From: Vicinamibacteria bacterium | GTDB lineage: Bacteria; Acidobacteriota; Vicinamibacteria; Marinacidobacterales; Marinacidobacteraceae | Length of the DNA stretch: 64,000 nt | Assembly (NCBI GenBank): GCA_963668695.2 | Contig: CAXXLQ010000004.1 | Location: 1,248,001 to 1,312,000 of the forward strand | Direction of reading: 5' to 3' | Shown here: positions 39,186 to 50,700 of the stretch, piece by piece | How positions within the stretch are numbered: position 1 is the stretch's first letter | Layout of the letters: each line of letters begins with the position of its first letter | Notes under the pieces: generated by a model | What the model was told of the DNA's origin: nothing | What the model saw: the letters and a program-made list of their open reading frames with translations, nothing else | Databases searched by the model: none | Position numbers and translations under genes: made by a program

Positions 39186-39836
39186 ATGCAGATATTTCTC
39201 GACACTGCCAGCCTCGACGAGATCTCGCGCGCCGCCGAGATGGGGCTCGTGGACGGCGTCACCACGAACCCTTCGCTCATGGCGAAGGAAACGGGAAACC
39301 CGCGGGAAATCCTGGCTCGGATTGCCGAGTTGGTTCCGGGCGATGTTTCGGCGGAGGTGCTCTCGACGGGCACCGCCGGCATGGTGGCCGAGGGCCGGGA
39401 ACTCGCCACCATCGCCCCGAACATCATTGTCAAGTGTCCGCTGACACCCGATGGCCTGCGCGCGGTCCGGGAGTTGAAGGAGGAAGGGATTCGCGTCAAC
39501 GTAACCCTCTGCTTCAGCGTTCCACAGGCGCTTTTTGCCGCCAAGGCTGGCGCCTACATCGTGAGTCCTTTCGTGGGTCGGCTCGACGATATTGCCTCTC
39601 CCGGAATGCAGTTGATTGCGGACATTCGGGAGGTCTACGACAACTACGGCTTTTCCACCCAGATTCTGGTGGCCAGCATCCGGAATCCCCTGCACGTCGT
39701 GGAAGCGGCGCGGCTGGGAGCCGATATCGCCACGATGCCCGCGAAGGTGCTGGATCTGCTGATCAGACATCCGCTGACGGACATCGGTCTCGAGCGCTTC
39801 CTGAAGGACTGGGCCGCCGTAACAGTCCGTGAATAG
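39186..39836 (+). CDS. fsa: Transaldolase / fructose-6-phosphate aldolase family
   Basis: FLDTA, GVTTNPSL, NVTLCFS, SPFVGRLDD, ASIR and HPLTDIGL motifs. Confidence 0.95.
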   Translation: MQIFLDTASLDEISRAAEMGLVDGVTTNPSLMAKETGNPREILARIAELVPGDVSAEVLSTGTAGMVAEGRELATIAPNIIVKCPLTPDGLRAVRELKEEGIRVNVTLCFSVPQALFAAKAGAYIVSPFVGRLDDIASPGMQLIADIREVYDNYGFSTQILVASIRNPLHVVEAARLGADIATMPAKVLDLLIRHPLTDIGLERFLKDWAAVTVRE

Positions 39837-40002
39837 AGTGACGCGGCGTTCGACCGGCGATGCATCCCGGCTGAACCGCGTCGCTTCGCGTCGCTCATCG
39901 TTGCGCTTCGGTCGGAATACAACCAGGTATTCCTCCCTCGCGCGCCTTGTCAGCCGGGCGCCTCGCCGGTCTCGGCGCTCACGCCACTCCATCCACGGAC
40001 TG
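39823..40002. mobile_element. Family-A MITE, minimal form (180 bp, no 18-mer)
   Basis: CAGTCCGTG...CACGGACTG termini; internal GAATAC-N6-GTATTC palindrome. Confidence 0.75.
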
Positions 40003-40029
40003 CGGGTCACCTGACGGGGGCTGGACCCT

Positions 40030-41595
40030 GTGTCGGCGAAATCCGGGAAGCGTCGGGAAGCCTTCGCCGAACTTGAAGCGCGGAACCGCGCTGCGGAAGC
40101 GGGGGGAGGCGAGGCGAGGCTCGAACGCCAGCGACGTTCGGGAAAACTGACGGCGCGAGAGCGGATCGCGACGCTTGCCGACGCCGGGTCCTTCGAGGAG
40201 ACCGGGAAACTGGTCGAACATCGTTCGCGCGACTTTGGCCTCGACCGCCGGCGCTATCCCGGGGACGGAGTGGTGACGGGATACGCGCGGATTGACGGAC
40301 GATTGGTCTACCTGTTCGCCCAGGATTTCACGGTTCTCGGCGGCTCGCTGAGTGAGGCGTACGCCGAAAAAATCTGCCGGACCATGGACTTGGCGGTCCG
40401 GCAGGGGGCTCCGATCATCGGACTGAACGATTCGGGCGGGGCCCGCATTCAGGAAGGGGTGGTTTCGCTCGCTGGGTATGCGGATATTTTCCTGAGAAAC
40501 ACGCTGGCTTCGGGGGTGGTCCCCCAGATTTCGGCCATCCTCGGGCCGTGTGCAGGCGGTGCCGTCTATTCCCCGGCAATCACCGATTTCACGATCATGT
40601 CCCGCGGCACCAGCTTCATGTTCGTGACCGGGCCCGACGTGATCCGCGCGGTCACCCACGAGGAAGTGACCATGGAGGACCTCGGCGGCGCGGAAACCCA
40701 CAACACCGTGTCAGGGAACGCCCACTTCCTCGGCGAAAACGACGAGGACTGCCTCGGTCTGATCCGAAAACTCCTGTCGTTTCTGCCTTCGAACAACCTC
40801 GAACAACCCCCGCGGAGTCCGTCGGCAGACCCGCCCGACCGGGAAATCCCGTCGCTCGACAGTCTGGTGCCCGAGCAGTCCGATCAGCCCTACGACGTCA
40901 AGGACCTCATCGGCGAGATAGTGGACGACGGTGATTTTCTGGAAGTCCAGGCGTTGCACGCCGGGAACCTGGTGATCGGTTTCGCCCGGCTCGCCGGAGC
41001 CCCGTTGGGCATCGTCGCGAACCAGCCGGCCGTGTTGGCCGGCGTCTTGGACATTCATGCCTCGGTGAAGGGCGCGCGGTTCGTGCGGTTCTGCGACGCC
41101 TTCAACATTCCGCTCGTCGTGCTCGAGGACGTTCCGGGTTTCTTGCCGGGAACCCAGCAGGAATGGGGAGGGATCATCCGCCACGGGGCGAAGCTGCTCT
41201 ACGCGTTCGCCGAAGCCACCGTGCCCAAGGTCACGGTGATCACCCGCAAGGCGTACGGGGGCGCGTACTGCGTGATGGCCAGCAAACACATCCGCACCGA
41301 CCTCAACTACGCGTGGCCGGCCGCGGAAATCGCGGTAATGGGGCCGGAAGGCGCCGTGAACGTCCTGTATCGCCGGGAACTCGAGCAGGCCGAGGATTCT
41401 GAACAGGAGCGCGCCGATCGCGTGGCCGCCTACCGGGAGCGCTTCGCGAATCCCTACGTGGCGGCGGAGCGAGGTTACGTGGACGAGGTGATCCTTCCGC
41501 GCAGCACGCGCCGGAAGCTGGCTTCCGCACTCTCTTCCCTTTCCACCAAGCGGGACCGGAATCCTCCGAAAAAGCACGGCAACATCCCGCTCTAG
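40030..41595 (+). CDS. pccB: Acyl-CoA (propionyl-CoA) carboxylase carboxyltransferase beta subunit
   Basis: [38 protein letters not shown] and KKHGNIPL motifs. Confidence 0.93.
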   Translation: MSAKSGKRREAFAELEARNRAAEAGGGEARLERQRRSGKLTARERIATLADAGSFEETGKLVEHRSRDFGLDRRRYPGDGVVTGYARIDGRLVYLFAQDFTVLGGSLSEAYAEKICRTMDLAVRQGAPIIGLNDSGGARIQEGVVSLAGYADIFLRNTLASGVVPQISAILGPCAGGAVYSPAITDFTIMSRGTSFMFVTGPDVIRAVTHEEVTMEDLGGAETHNTVSGNAHFLGENDEDCLGLIRKLLSFLPSNNLEQPPRSPSADPPDREIPSLDSLVPEQSDQPYDVKDLIGEIVDDGDFLEVQALHAGNLVIGFARLAGAPLGIVANQPAVLAGVLDIHASVKGARFVRFCDAFNIPLVVLEDVPGFLPGTQQEWGGIIRHGAKLLYAFAEATVPKVTVITRKAYGGAYCVMASKHIRTDLNYAWPAAEIAVMGPEGAVNVLYRRELEQAEDSEQERADRVAAYRERFANPYVAAERGYVDEVILPRSTRRKLASALSSLSTKRDRNPPKKHGNIPL

Positions 41596-41672
41596 CGGCC
41601 TGTGGGTACAGTGGTGTGAGCGCCAAGTCTCCCGCGGGAGGACCGGGCCGCCAGGACACTGTCCACAGACTG
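41596..41672. mobile_element. Degenerate short MITE-like remnant at the pccB stop
   Basis: CTAG-CGGCCTGTGG...GTCCACAGACTG. Confidence 0.45.
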
Positions 41673-41769
41673 CCGGGGTGATGGCCGAAAACGTGTACGG
41701 GATGCGTTCCCTGCTGCCCCGGGAGACGTTGCGGCTCGGGGGAAATCCTGGCAGGTGGCCGACCACCTG

Positions 41770-43284
41770 ATGTTCCGCCGCGTCCTCATCGCCAACCGGG
41801 GCGAGATTGCGGTCCGGATCATCCGGGCCTGCCGCGACCTGGGCATTTCTCCCGTGACCGTCCACTCCGAGGCGGACCGGGACAGCCTGCATGTGCGCCT
41901 GGCTGACGAATCCTTCGAAGTGGGAGGAGCGGCCTCGCGCGACAGCTACCTGAACGGCGAGCGAGTGATCGAGGCCGCACATTCCATGGGGGCAGAGGCC
42001 CTGCATCCGGGGTATGGGTTCCTGGCGGAGAACGGGGAGTTCGCGGCTCGCTGCGCCGAGCGCGGCGTCGTTTTCGTGGGACCGCCTCCCGACGCGATGC
42101 GCCGGATGGGAGACAAGGCTGCCGCTCGCGAGGCGGCCATTCAGGCCGGGGTGCCGGTCGTGGCCGGCTCGGACATCGTCTCGGAGGCGGAAGCCGCGCG
42201 GGCTGCCGCCAGGATCGGATTCCCGCTCCTGATCAAGGCGGCCGCCGGTGGCGGCGGCATGGGGATGCGGCTCGTGCGAGAGCCGGCCAACCTCCACGAC
42301 GCTTTCGGGGAGGCGCGATCCGAGGCCGACGCCGCCTTCGGAGACTCGCGGGTGTTTCTCGAGCGCTTCGTGGAAAACGCCCGCCACGTGGAAATCCAGG
42401 TGTTCGGCGACAACTTCGGCTCCGTCGTCCATCTGGGGGAGCGGGATTGTTCGATCCAACGCCGCAACCAGAAACTCCTCGAGGAGAGTCCGTCGCCCGC
42501 GACTTCGCCGGAACTGCGCGCGGCGATGGGAGAGGCGGCCGTGCGTCTGGCGCGCGATGCCGGTTACCGGAACGCGGGGACGGTCGAGTTCCTTCTCGAT
42601 CCGGATGGGCGCTTCTACTTCCTCGAAATGAATGCGCGGCTCCAGGTCGAGCATCCGGTCACCGAACTCGTATCGGGTATGGATCTGGTGGTGCTCCAGT
42701 TGCGGGTAGCCGCCGGAGAACCGCTCGGTTTCGCGCAGGAGGACGTTGCGATTGCCGGGGCCGCCATCGAGCTCCGAATCACCGCGGAGGATCCATTCGC
42801 CGGGTTCGTGCCCGCCACCGGCCGTATCCGCGAGTTCCGCGCCCCGGCGGGTCCTGGGGTAAGGTGCGATGCCGGGATTGCCTCGGGAAGCGTCGTGTCA
42901 CCCCACTACGATCCCCTACTCGCCAAGATCATCGTTTTCGGACCCGATCGGGAGACGGCGCGGCGACGGGCGCTGCGGGCGGTGAGGGAAACGAGACTCG
43001 TTGGAGTAGCGTCGACCCTTCCGTTTTTCGAAAGGGTCCTCGCCGGCGACCCGTTCCGTAGCGGGAACTTCGATACCTCATTCGTCACCGCCCACTGGCC
43101 AGCTCCCGGCTTGGGTGGAGACGGAGACGATTCGAGAGCCCGGGCGGCACTCGCTCCCCTGGCTCTCGCAGCGGCAGCGGCGGAACTCTGGCGGCGCGAA
43201 AGCTCCGCCTCGCAGAACTCTTCCGCCTCGTCCTCCGAGTGGCGATTCGCAGGTGTCTCCGAGGCGCATCGGGACCGGATGTGA
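41770..43284 (+). CDS. accC: Biotin carboxylase subunit
   Basis: LIANRGEIA, HPGYGFLAEN, ERDCSIQRR and EMNARLQVEHPVTE motifs. Confidence 0.92.
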   Translation: MFRRVLIANRGEIAVRIIRACRDLGISPVTVHSEADRDSLHVRLADESFEVGGAASRDSYLNGERVIEAAHSMGAEALHPGYGFLAENGEFAARCAERGVVFVGPPPDAMRRMGDKAAAREAAIQAGVPVVAGSDIVSEAEAARAAARIGFPLLIKAAAGGGGMGMRLVREPANLHDAFGEARSEADAAFGDSRVFLERFVENARHVEIQVFGDNFGSVVHLGERDCSIQRRNQKLLEESPSPATSPELRAAMGEAAVRLARDAGYRNAGTVEFLLDPDGRFYFLEMNARLQVEHPVTELVSGMDLVVLQLRVAAGEPLGFAQEDVAIAGAAIELRITAEDPFAGFVPATGRIREFRAPAGPGVRCDAGIASGSVVSPHYDPLLAKIIVFGPDRETARRRALRAVRETRLVGVASTLPFFERVLAGDPFRSGNFDTSFVTAHWPAPGLGGDGDDSRARAALAPLALAAAAAELWRRESSASQNSSASSSEWRFAGVSEAHRDRM

Positions 43285-43811
43285 TGCGGCGGGTACTCAC
43301 TCTCGACGGACACGACCTTTGGGTCGAGGTACACGTGGAGCCCGGCGACCCCACCCTGAAACTAAGGATCGAGGGCGCCGACGAGGAGTTGGTCGCGCGC
43401 GCGGCCCCCGGCGGGTGGAACGTGACCCACGGACGCCAAACCGCCGAAGCCGGTGTCTCCAGCGGGCGATCCGGAGATCTGGTGGTTCAGATCGCGGGAC
43501 ACACGTATCGCTTCCGGACCGGCCAGGAGGCCACTGGCGCGTCCGGCAGGCGGCAGTCCGGCGCCCGGGGGGCGGCGGGCGGCCGATGCGAAGTGCGAAC
43601 CCCCATGCCAGGCAAGGTGGTACGCCATGTGCGGGAAGAAGGAGACCGGGTCGCCGCGGGCGATGGTGTGCTGGTTTTTGAAGCGATGAAGATGCAGAAC
43701 GAGATCCGGGCCCCGGAGGGCGGAGTCATCGCTAACATGAGGGCTATCGTGGGAACTCCAATGGAGAGCGGCGAACTCCTGTTCGTCGTGGAGCCCGCGA
43801 GATCCGCGTGA
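43284..43811 (+). CDS. Biotin carboxyl carrier protein
   Basis: PMPGKVV and EAMKMQNEI motifs. Confidence 0.9.
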   Translation: MRRVLTLDGHDLWVEVHVEPGDPTLKLRIEGADEELVARAAPGGWNVTHGRQTAEAGVSSGRSGDLVVQIAGHTYRFRTGQEATGASGRRQSGARGAAGGRCEVRTPMPGKVVRHVREEGDRVAAGDGVLVFEAMKMQNEIRAPEGGVIANMRAIVGTPMESGELLFVVEPARSA

Positions 43812-46800
43812 CTTCTTCCGCTCCACCTCGCCGATTCCGCCGTTTCTGGCTTCTGCTGGCGGGTTCTTCCGCCGTTCTCCTCGCTTCGATTGCCGTAATC
43901 CTCTGGGTGTTGTCGAACCTGGATTCGCAGCGGCTGCTCGTTCACGTCACCGGCCGCCTCACCGCTGCGCTGGGCCGCCCCGTTGCGGCGAGCGGTTTCG
44001 AGGTATCGCTTGCCGAAGGTGAGTTCGTCCTTCGGGGTCTTCAGATCGGGAGGGAACCGATGGAGATCGGGCCGGCGCCGCCGGCATTTTCGATCGACCG
44101 CGTCCAGGGCAAGCTGAGTTGGCGTTCGCTCTTTCCGGCGCGCCTCCACATGGAGAGCCTCGCTGTAGAGGGAGTGGGTCTTTGGGGTCTGGATGACGGG
44201 GGAAACCCGCAGCCTGAATCCGCTCCTCTCGGGCCGACGATTCAGGCAGTGACCACGCGGCTGTCTTTCTCGTCGAACCGGATGTCGGTGTCGGGCACCA
44301 CCATCGGGTATCGGAATCGGCCCACCCCCTGGGAAGTGCGCGCGGATGACGTCGCGGTCAGCCTGCACACCGGCGAAGAGGGGGGGGTGGACGGTGAAAT
44401 TCGGTCCGGATGGGGGGTGATCCGTCTTTGGGAGCGGCCGGACCTTCCGATGGCGCTGTCGGCGGACTTCCGGGTCCGCCAGGACGATCTCCACTTCGAT
44501 TTCCTCGAGCTCCGCTCCGACTTGCTCGCGGTTGGCTTCGAGGGAACCATGGACCTGGCCAACGACCTGGCCGGACGGTTGAAGATGGTCGGGGGCGGGG
44601 ATGCTGGTGCTCTCGGTCGTTTCCTGTTCGAATTCGAAGGGATCGATACCCAGGGAGACCCCTGGGTCCAGTTCGACGGGACGGCGGGGTTCCAGGAAAA
44701 CGGTCTGGCGATCGACGGCAGATTCGTACTGCCGGTAAGCCGGTTCTACGGTGTTCCGCTCCGCGATTGGACGGGACTCGTGCACTGGGATCCCGAGCGC
44801 ATTGAGATCCTCTCCTCCGAGGGGTTCGCGTCCGATGGCCCGGCCACCCTCAAGTTGCTGCAGTTGCAACCACGAGAAGACAACCCGGCGGAGATCCTCA
44901 TGAGCGTCCGGGACGGAGCGTTGGCCCCCACCCTCGAAGGCCTGTTCGGCATGCCGACCTCGCTGCGTTCGCGGGTGACGTTGGACGCGGACCTGCTCAT
45001 GCCCCTCGCCGACCCGGGGTTGATGACCGGGACCATCCAGGCCGTAGGGCTGAAGCCGGATGAGACCGGGCCGGAGGAGTTGCCTCTCGGCTTTGAAACC
45101 GACCTGGTGATGGATGACACGGGAACCGAAATCCGCCGCGTCGTCCTCGAAGGAGAGGCCTTTCGCAGCACCCTCGAAGGCCGCTACCCCCGATCTGGTA
45201 ACGCCAGCATCGCGGGAACCGCGCTGGCCGGAGAATCAGCCGAAGCGGACGCTGTCCAGCAGGAGCTTCGCCGTGTCCTCTTCGGGGAAGATCCCGAAAC
45301 GACCTTCTGGGATGTAGCGGGCGCCGGCGGATTTGAAGGCATCGTGCGCGGCCGGTGGCCTGACCTTGTGCTCGAGGGAGAGGTCGAAGGTCAGATGATG
45401 CGCTTCTCCACGATCCACTCGGAGACGCTGATTGCGACCGGCAGGATCGAACGGGACACGATCTGGCTCGACAGCCTGAACGCGCGGCGCGGAGAGGGGC
45501 GGATCTCCGCCTCGGGGAGCTTCGACCGCGCCGCGGTTGAGTACCCGGACATGGAATTCGACGCCGAGTGGGAACAATGGGACGCCCGGGAGATCATTGA
45601 CTTTCTGGAGTGGGATCTCGAAGCGGACGGGATAGCAACCGGCCGGAGCCACACGGTACGGCGGGATGAACGCTATACGGGAGGGGGATCGGTCGTCGGT
45701 TCCGCCGGACACGTTCTGGAGCAGCCCTTCGACCAGGTGACCATCACCTGGAACATGGATGGCGACAAGGCTCGTCTGGCCCCCATGAGCGGAGTGTTTC
45801 GAGATGGAACCGCCGAGGGAGTCCTGGACATCGGGCTTGTCGACTGGGAGATGGAAGGTCTCGTTACCGGGACCGACTACCCGCTGACGCCCGGTCTCGC
45901 ACCCGAATGGATTTCCATCCGTTCCGACTTTCGCCTCGACGTCGGCGGCGATCTGCTGGTTCCCGAACTGCTACTTGAGGCACGCGTCCCCAACGTCGCC
46001 GTACTCGGCTTGTCCCTCGGCCCCGGCGACATCACGGGAACCGTCCACGGCGAAGACTTCGAGGGCAGCGGAGCCCTGGATTCGGGAGCCGCGTCCTTCC
46101 GCATGCAGGGGCGGGTCCCGCTCGGCACCGACGGCGCCGGCACCGTTACGGTTCAAGACGTTGATGTAGCTCCCATCCTCTTCGATGCCCCGGGCGAACG
46201 GGAGATCTCGATCCTCGTTGGCGGATCCGGTGAATTCCACATCGAGAACCCGCTCGACGAATGGATGACCGGCACGGCGACCCTCGAAACCCTGAAACTC
46301 TCGGCGCCGGATTTCGTCGCCGAGTCAGGAGGGCCGACCCACGTCCGCCTCGAGGATGCGCGCGTGCACATCGAAGGACTCCGCCTCCTCCACGATGACA
46401 GCCAACTCGGTCTGGCCGGTTCGATCGGACTCGATGACCAGCTCCTGGACTTTTCGCTCCTGGGGCAGACATCGCTGCGGGTCGCGGCGCCGTTTGTGCC
46501 CTGGCTTGCCGCAGATGGAGATTTCGGTCTGGAGGCCGCGGTCGTCGGTCCCTGGACGGAGCCGGAGGTACTGGGCACGGGGACGATCCGAAACGGCTCT
46601 TTCCGGGTCGAGGGGTTTCCACACGCCCTGAGCGACGTGGAAGGCTCCGTGGACTTCGATCGCCGGACGCTCCGGATTGCCGAAGTCATCGGTCGTATGG
46701 GTGGCGGCGACGCTGTTGTATCCGGCTCGATCTCGATCGAGGACGCGGAGTTCGCCGCTACCGATCTCCGCGTGCAGCTATCCGATTCCAGCTTGCGCTA

Positions 46801-47722
46801 TCCGAGCGATTTGAGCGCGACGGTGGATGCCGACCTGCGGCTTCTGGGCGACCAGACCGGACGCCTGCTCACCGGGGAGGTTCGCCTCGATGACGCGGTC
46901 TGGAGCCGCGAATATGAGTTGTTTGCCAGCATTCTCGCCGACATCAACAGCGTTGGGCGTTCCGGGGAAACGGAGGCGAGTGGTTTTCTGGACGAGCTCC
47001 GGATGGACATCCGGGTGGGGACCGACTCTCCCCTTGCGGTCCGCAACTCCATTTTTCAGCTCGATGCGGCTGCCGATTTCGGCCTCCGGGGGACGGCCGG
47101 GTCACCCGCGGTATTGGGTCGCGCCGACCTCGTCGGGGGTGAGGTGTACTTTGGTGCGCATCGCTTCCAGATCGTCAACGGACGCGCTGATTTCATCGAT
47201 CCCGAAGGGATCGAACCGGTGTTCGACATCGAGGCGGAAACCAGCGTCCGCGGCTATCGCGTGCGGCTGGCCGCGTCGGGAACGGCTGAGCAGATCGACG
47301 CGAACCTGAGTTCTGAACCTCCACTTCGGGAGGCGGACATTCTCCGGCTTCTCTCCGGCGCTCCCGAACAGGATCTCCTGACGGCGGCGAGCGACGACGA
47401 ACTCGCGGCAGCCTCGGCGGCGAGTCTGTTGAGCCAACAACTCAGCAACATGATCGGCCGGCGCGCCGGCAGGGTCTTCGGGATTGACCGAGTGAGCATC
47501 GACCCCTTCATGATCGGCCGGTTCAGCAACCCGACCGCCAGGGTCACCTTGGGCAAACAGGTGACGCGGGATCTCAACGTCCGCTATTCCTCGAGCCTCT
47601 CGGACGCTGACGAGTCCATCATCGTGGTCGAGTACACACCAAGCGGCCCGGTTTCCTGGATTTTTTCGCGGGATCAGGATGGCTCGCTGGGCGTGGATGT
47701 CCGTTTTCACCGGAGCTTCTAG
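43808..47722 (+). CDS. tamB: TamB / AsmA-like protein
   Basis: N-terminal TM anchor, long beta-rich body, LSSEPPL.EADILRLL and LGKQV motifs; upstream of an Omp85 gene. Confidence 0.85.
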   Translation: MTSSAPPRRFRRFWLLLAGSSAVLLASIAVILWVLSNLDSQRLLVHVTGRLTAALGRPVAASGFEVSLAEGEFVLRGLQIGREPMEIGPAPPAFSIDRVQGKLSWRSLFPARLHMESLAVEGVGLWGLDDGGNPQPESAPLGPTIQAVTTRLSFSSNRMSVSGTTIGYRNRPTPWEVRADDVAVSLHTGEEGGVDGEIRSGWGVIRLWERPDLPMALSADFRVRQDDLHFDFLELRSDLLAVGFEGTMDLANDLAGRLKMVGGGDAGALGRFLFEFEGIDTQGDPWVQFDGTAGFQENGLAIDGRFVLPVSRFYGVPLRDWTGLVHWDPERIEILSSEGFASDGPATLKLLQLQPREDNPAEILMSVRDGALAPTLEGLFGMPTSLRSRVTLDADLLMPLADPGLMTGTIQAVGLKPDETGPEELPLGFETDLVMDDTGTEIRRVVLEGEAFRSTLEGRYPRSGNASIAGTALAGESAEADAVQQELRRVLFGEDPETTFWDVAGAGGFEGIVRGRWPDLVLEGEVEGQMMRFSTIHSETLIATGRIERDTIWLDSLNARRGEGRISASGSFDRAAVEYPDMEFDAEWEQWDAREIIDFLEWDLEADGIATGRSHTVRRDERYTGGGSVVGSAGHVLEQPFDQVTITWNMDGDKARLAPMSGVFRDGTAEGVLDIGLVDWEMEGLVTGTDYPLTPGLAPEWISIRSDFRLDVGGDLLVPELLLEARVPNVAVLGLSLGPGDITGTVHGEDFEGSGALDSGAASFRMQGRVPLGTDGAGTVTVQDVDVAPILFDAPGEREISILVGGSGEFHIENPLDEWMTGTATLETLKLSAPDFVAESGGPTHVRLEDARVHIEGLRLLHDDSQLGLAGSIGLDDQLLDFSLLGQTSLRVAAPFVPWLAADGDFGLEAAVVGPWTEPEVLGTGTIRNGSFRVEGFPHALSDVEGSVDFDRRTLRIAEVIGRMGGGDAVVSGSISIEDAEFAATDLRVQLSDSSLRYPSDLSATVDADLRLLGDQTGRLLTGEVRLDDAVWSREYELFASILADINSVGRSGETEASGFLDELRMDIRVGTDSPLAVRNSIFQLDAAADFGLRGTAGSPAVLGRADLVGGEVYFGAHRFQIVNGRADFIDPEGIEPVFDIEAETSVRGYRVRLAASGTAEQIDANLSSEPPLREADILRLLSGAPEQDLLTAASDDELAAASAASLLSQQLSNMIGRRAGRVFGIDRVSIDPFMIGRFSNPTARVTLGKQVTRDLNVRYSSSLSDADESIIVVEYTPSGPVSWIFSRDQDGSLGVDVRFHRSF

Positions 47723-47742
47723 GGTCACGTGGATCAATTCGT

Positions 47743-50700
47743 GTGAGTGACGAGGCTCCGACCGGAAGAACTGCGGGTCGCTGGGTGAGCCCCCGCGAGA
47801 GGATCCGGGCCCCGCGATTCTGCGAACGAGCCGCCCGGCTTAACAGCCTGTGGTGGAACCCGGGGGAGCGCCGAGAGCGGGGAGGCGCCCGGCTGACTAG
47901 GCGCGCGAGGGAGGAATACCGGGTGTATTTCGACCGAAGCGCAACGACGAACGACGCGAAGCGGCGCGGTTCAGCCGGGATGCATCGCCGCTTGAATGCC
48001 GTGCGACTTTGTCCACAGGTTGTTGAGGATTGCTGGCGCAGCCGAGTCCACCGGCTGCTAAGCAGTCCGGGAGCGATCCTCCTCGCCGCTGGCTTGTTGG
48101 CGATCCCGAGCGGGCGCCTTGCCGCTGGCCAGGCCGGCGCCGGTCAGGCGGAAGATCCGTTGTCACAGCGCGTGGAGTCGGTGGTGGTGCGCTGGGCGGA
48201 TGGGAGCAACGAACCGGTACCCGAAGAGGTGTCCCGGCTGATCTCGGTTCGTCCCGGAACCCGCTTCCGGCCACTGGTCGCCCGGCAATCTGTGAAGCAG
48301 GTGTTTGCTCTCGGACGCTTCCGCGACGTCCGGATTCGTTCCGAGGCGGCGTCGGGCGGGGGACTTCGGCTCGTCTTTGAACTCGACCCCATTCCAAGCA
48401 TCGCCCGGTTTAGTGTTGACGGCGCCCCTCCCGGAGAGGATTTGGGGCTGATCGCCACGCTCGGCCTCGAGGTCGGCGAATCCGTTCCGGACGACCTGCC
48501 CGTTCGCGGAGAGGCAGCCGAAGGGTGGTTGCGCTCGCGGGGTTACCTGAGCGCGGAAGTGGACATCCGGAGCGTTCCGGACGGCCGCGATGTACTGCTG
48601 GAGGTGCGGGTGACCTCGGGAGCGCGCGCCCGGGTCGCCTTCATCGAGGCCGTCGGGGTGGAAGACGAGCTCGGCCGGAACCTCATCCCCGCGCTCCGGG
48701 TTTCTCCAGAGGATCCCTGGCTCGAAGCCCAAGTCGCTGCGCGCCTTCCCGAAGTCGAGGAAAGACTTCGGGATCGAGGCTTCCTATTCGCCACTGCCAG
48801 TCTCGATTGGAGGCCCATCGACACGGGAGATGTTCGGGTGGTCCTGTCGGTGGAGCCCGGCCCTGAGGTTACCCTGGAAGTGGAAGGGTTCGGTGCTTCC
48901 GGGGGGGCCGCCGAGCGCGTCGTGAATTCCCTTTCGGAGCGCACGCTCACTTTGGATGCGATCGAAGCGACCAGGCAGCAACTCCTTGCCCAGCTCCGTC
49001 GGGAAGGACACCGGGACGGTACCGTGGTGGTGGAGAGCGTCGAGAGCCCGGATGGGCGGAGGCAGACCTTCCGGTTCTCCGCCGACCCGGGCCCGCGTTA
49101 CGTTGTCGGCGCCGTCTCATCGGAAGGCGCCCCTCCGGAGGAGGCGGATGGCGTCGCCGAAGCCCTTCTGCCGCTGCGGCCCGGCCGCCCCTACCGCGAA
49201 CAAGAGTGGAGGGCCCTGACCGACAGCCTGCGCCGAACACTGCGGCGGCGGGGTTATTTCCGGGCTGAGGTGGTGCCGCTGGAGCCGGGCCCGCCCGTCC
49301 CGGTCGACGAAGGCCTCTCGCTTGATCTCACGGTGCGGGTTGAGCCGGGTCCGGCGGCCTCGGTGCGGGCGGTGCGTTTCGAAGGGGGTTCCGCCTTCAC
49401 CGATACCGACCTGTCGGAGGTGGCCGCCATCGCGCCGGGTACACCCTACGTAGCCGAAGAAATCGTGGGCGCCCGCGAAGATCTCGAGACGTTTCATCGA
49501 AACCGGGGATATCTGGAAGCCGTGGTGGAGGTCGAGGCTCCGGTCGATCCGGTCAGCCACGATGCGGAGGTTGTCTTCCGGATCCGACCCGGCAACTACT
49601 TCACGGTCGGAGGGATCATCGTCGCGGGCCTCGATACCACGAGGGATTCAGTGATCCGGTCCCGGCTTCCTTTTGAAGAGGGCGATCCGCTGGGGAGCGG
49701 CGATCTCCTCGAGGTGCGCCGGCGTCTCGTTTCCATGGGGATCTTTCGCAGCGTCGACGTGAATCTCCTCGAGCCCGAGGAACCCATCAGCGAACGCAAC
49801 GTGCTGATCCAGGTTGTGGAGGGCCCGCGCACCAGCATCGGCTACGGCGCGGGGTACAGCGAACGCGAGCAGGTCCGGGGAGAAGGCGAATGGACCCGGA
49901 ACAATCTCTTCGGGATGGGCCATACCTTGAGTCTGTTCGGCCGTTTCTCGCTCAAGGGCACGCGGATGGTGGCGACCTACCGGGGGGCGGAGAGCGTGGA
50001 GGGCGAGGTCCCCATCTTCGTGAGCGCGTTCCGTGAGTCGCAGGACCGGGAGAGCCTGGATTTCATCCGCTCTGGAATCGGCGTGCAGGTGGCCCGGAGG
50101 GTCCTCGGGCGAAATCTTTTTCTCCGCTATGACCTGACCACGAGCGAGTTGTTCGATCTGAAGATCAATCCGAATCAGATTGACCGCAACTTCGCGGACA
50201 ATCTCTGGCTCTCGGCAGTGTCGGTTTCTGCGGTCACGGACACCCGCGATGACCCGGTGAATCCTCGTCGGGGCCGTTTCGGCATCCTGGATGTGGAGTG
50301 GTCGTCCGCACTTCTCCGCTCCCGAGCGCCATTCCTGAAGGGCCTCGCACAGCAATATCTGTTTTTTCCGGTCGGGGGACAGGTAGTCGTTGCGGTTGCG
50401 GGCCGACTCGGTCTTGCGTGGACTCTGGGCGCGGACGAGCCGGCTCTCGTACCGATCACGGAGCGATTCTTCGCCGGTGGAGCGACCTCCTTGCGTGGTT
50501 ACAAACTGGACCGCGCGGGACCGCTCGACCCGAGCGGTTACCCGCTCGGTGGCAACCTGCTGATCGTCGGCAATCTGGAGGTTCGATTCCCCATCCTGAG
50601 CAGTCTGCGCGGCGCGGTTTTCTCGGATCATGGCGGGGTCTACAGCGAAGTGAACTCCTTTCGGGTGGGAGACCTCGGCCACAACGTAGGCGCTGGCCTG

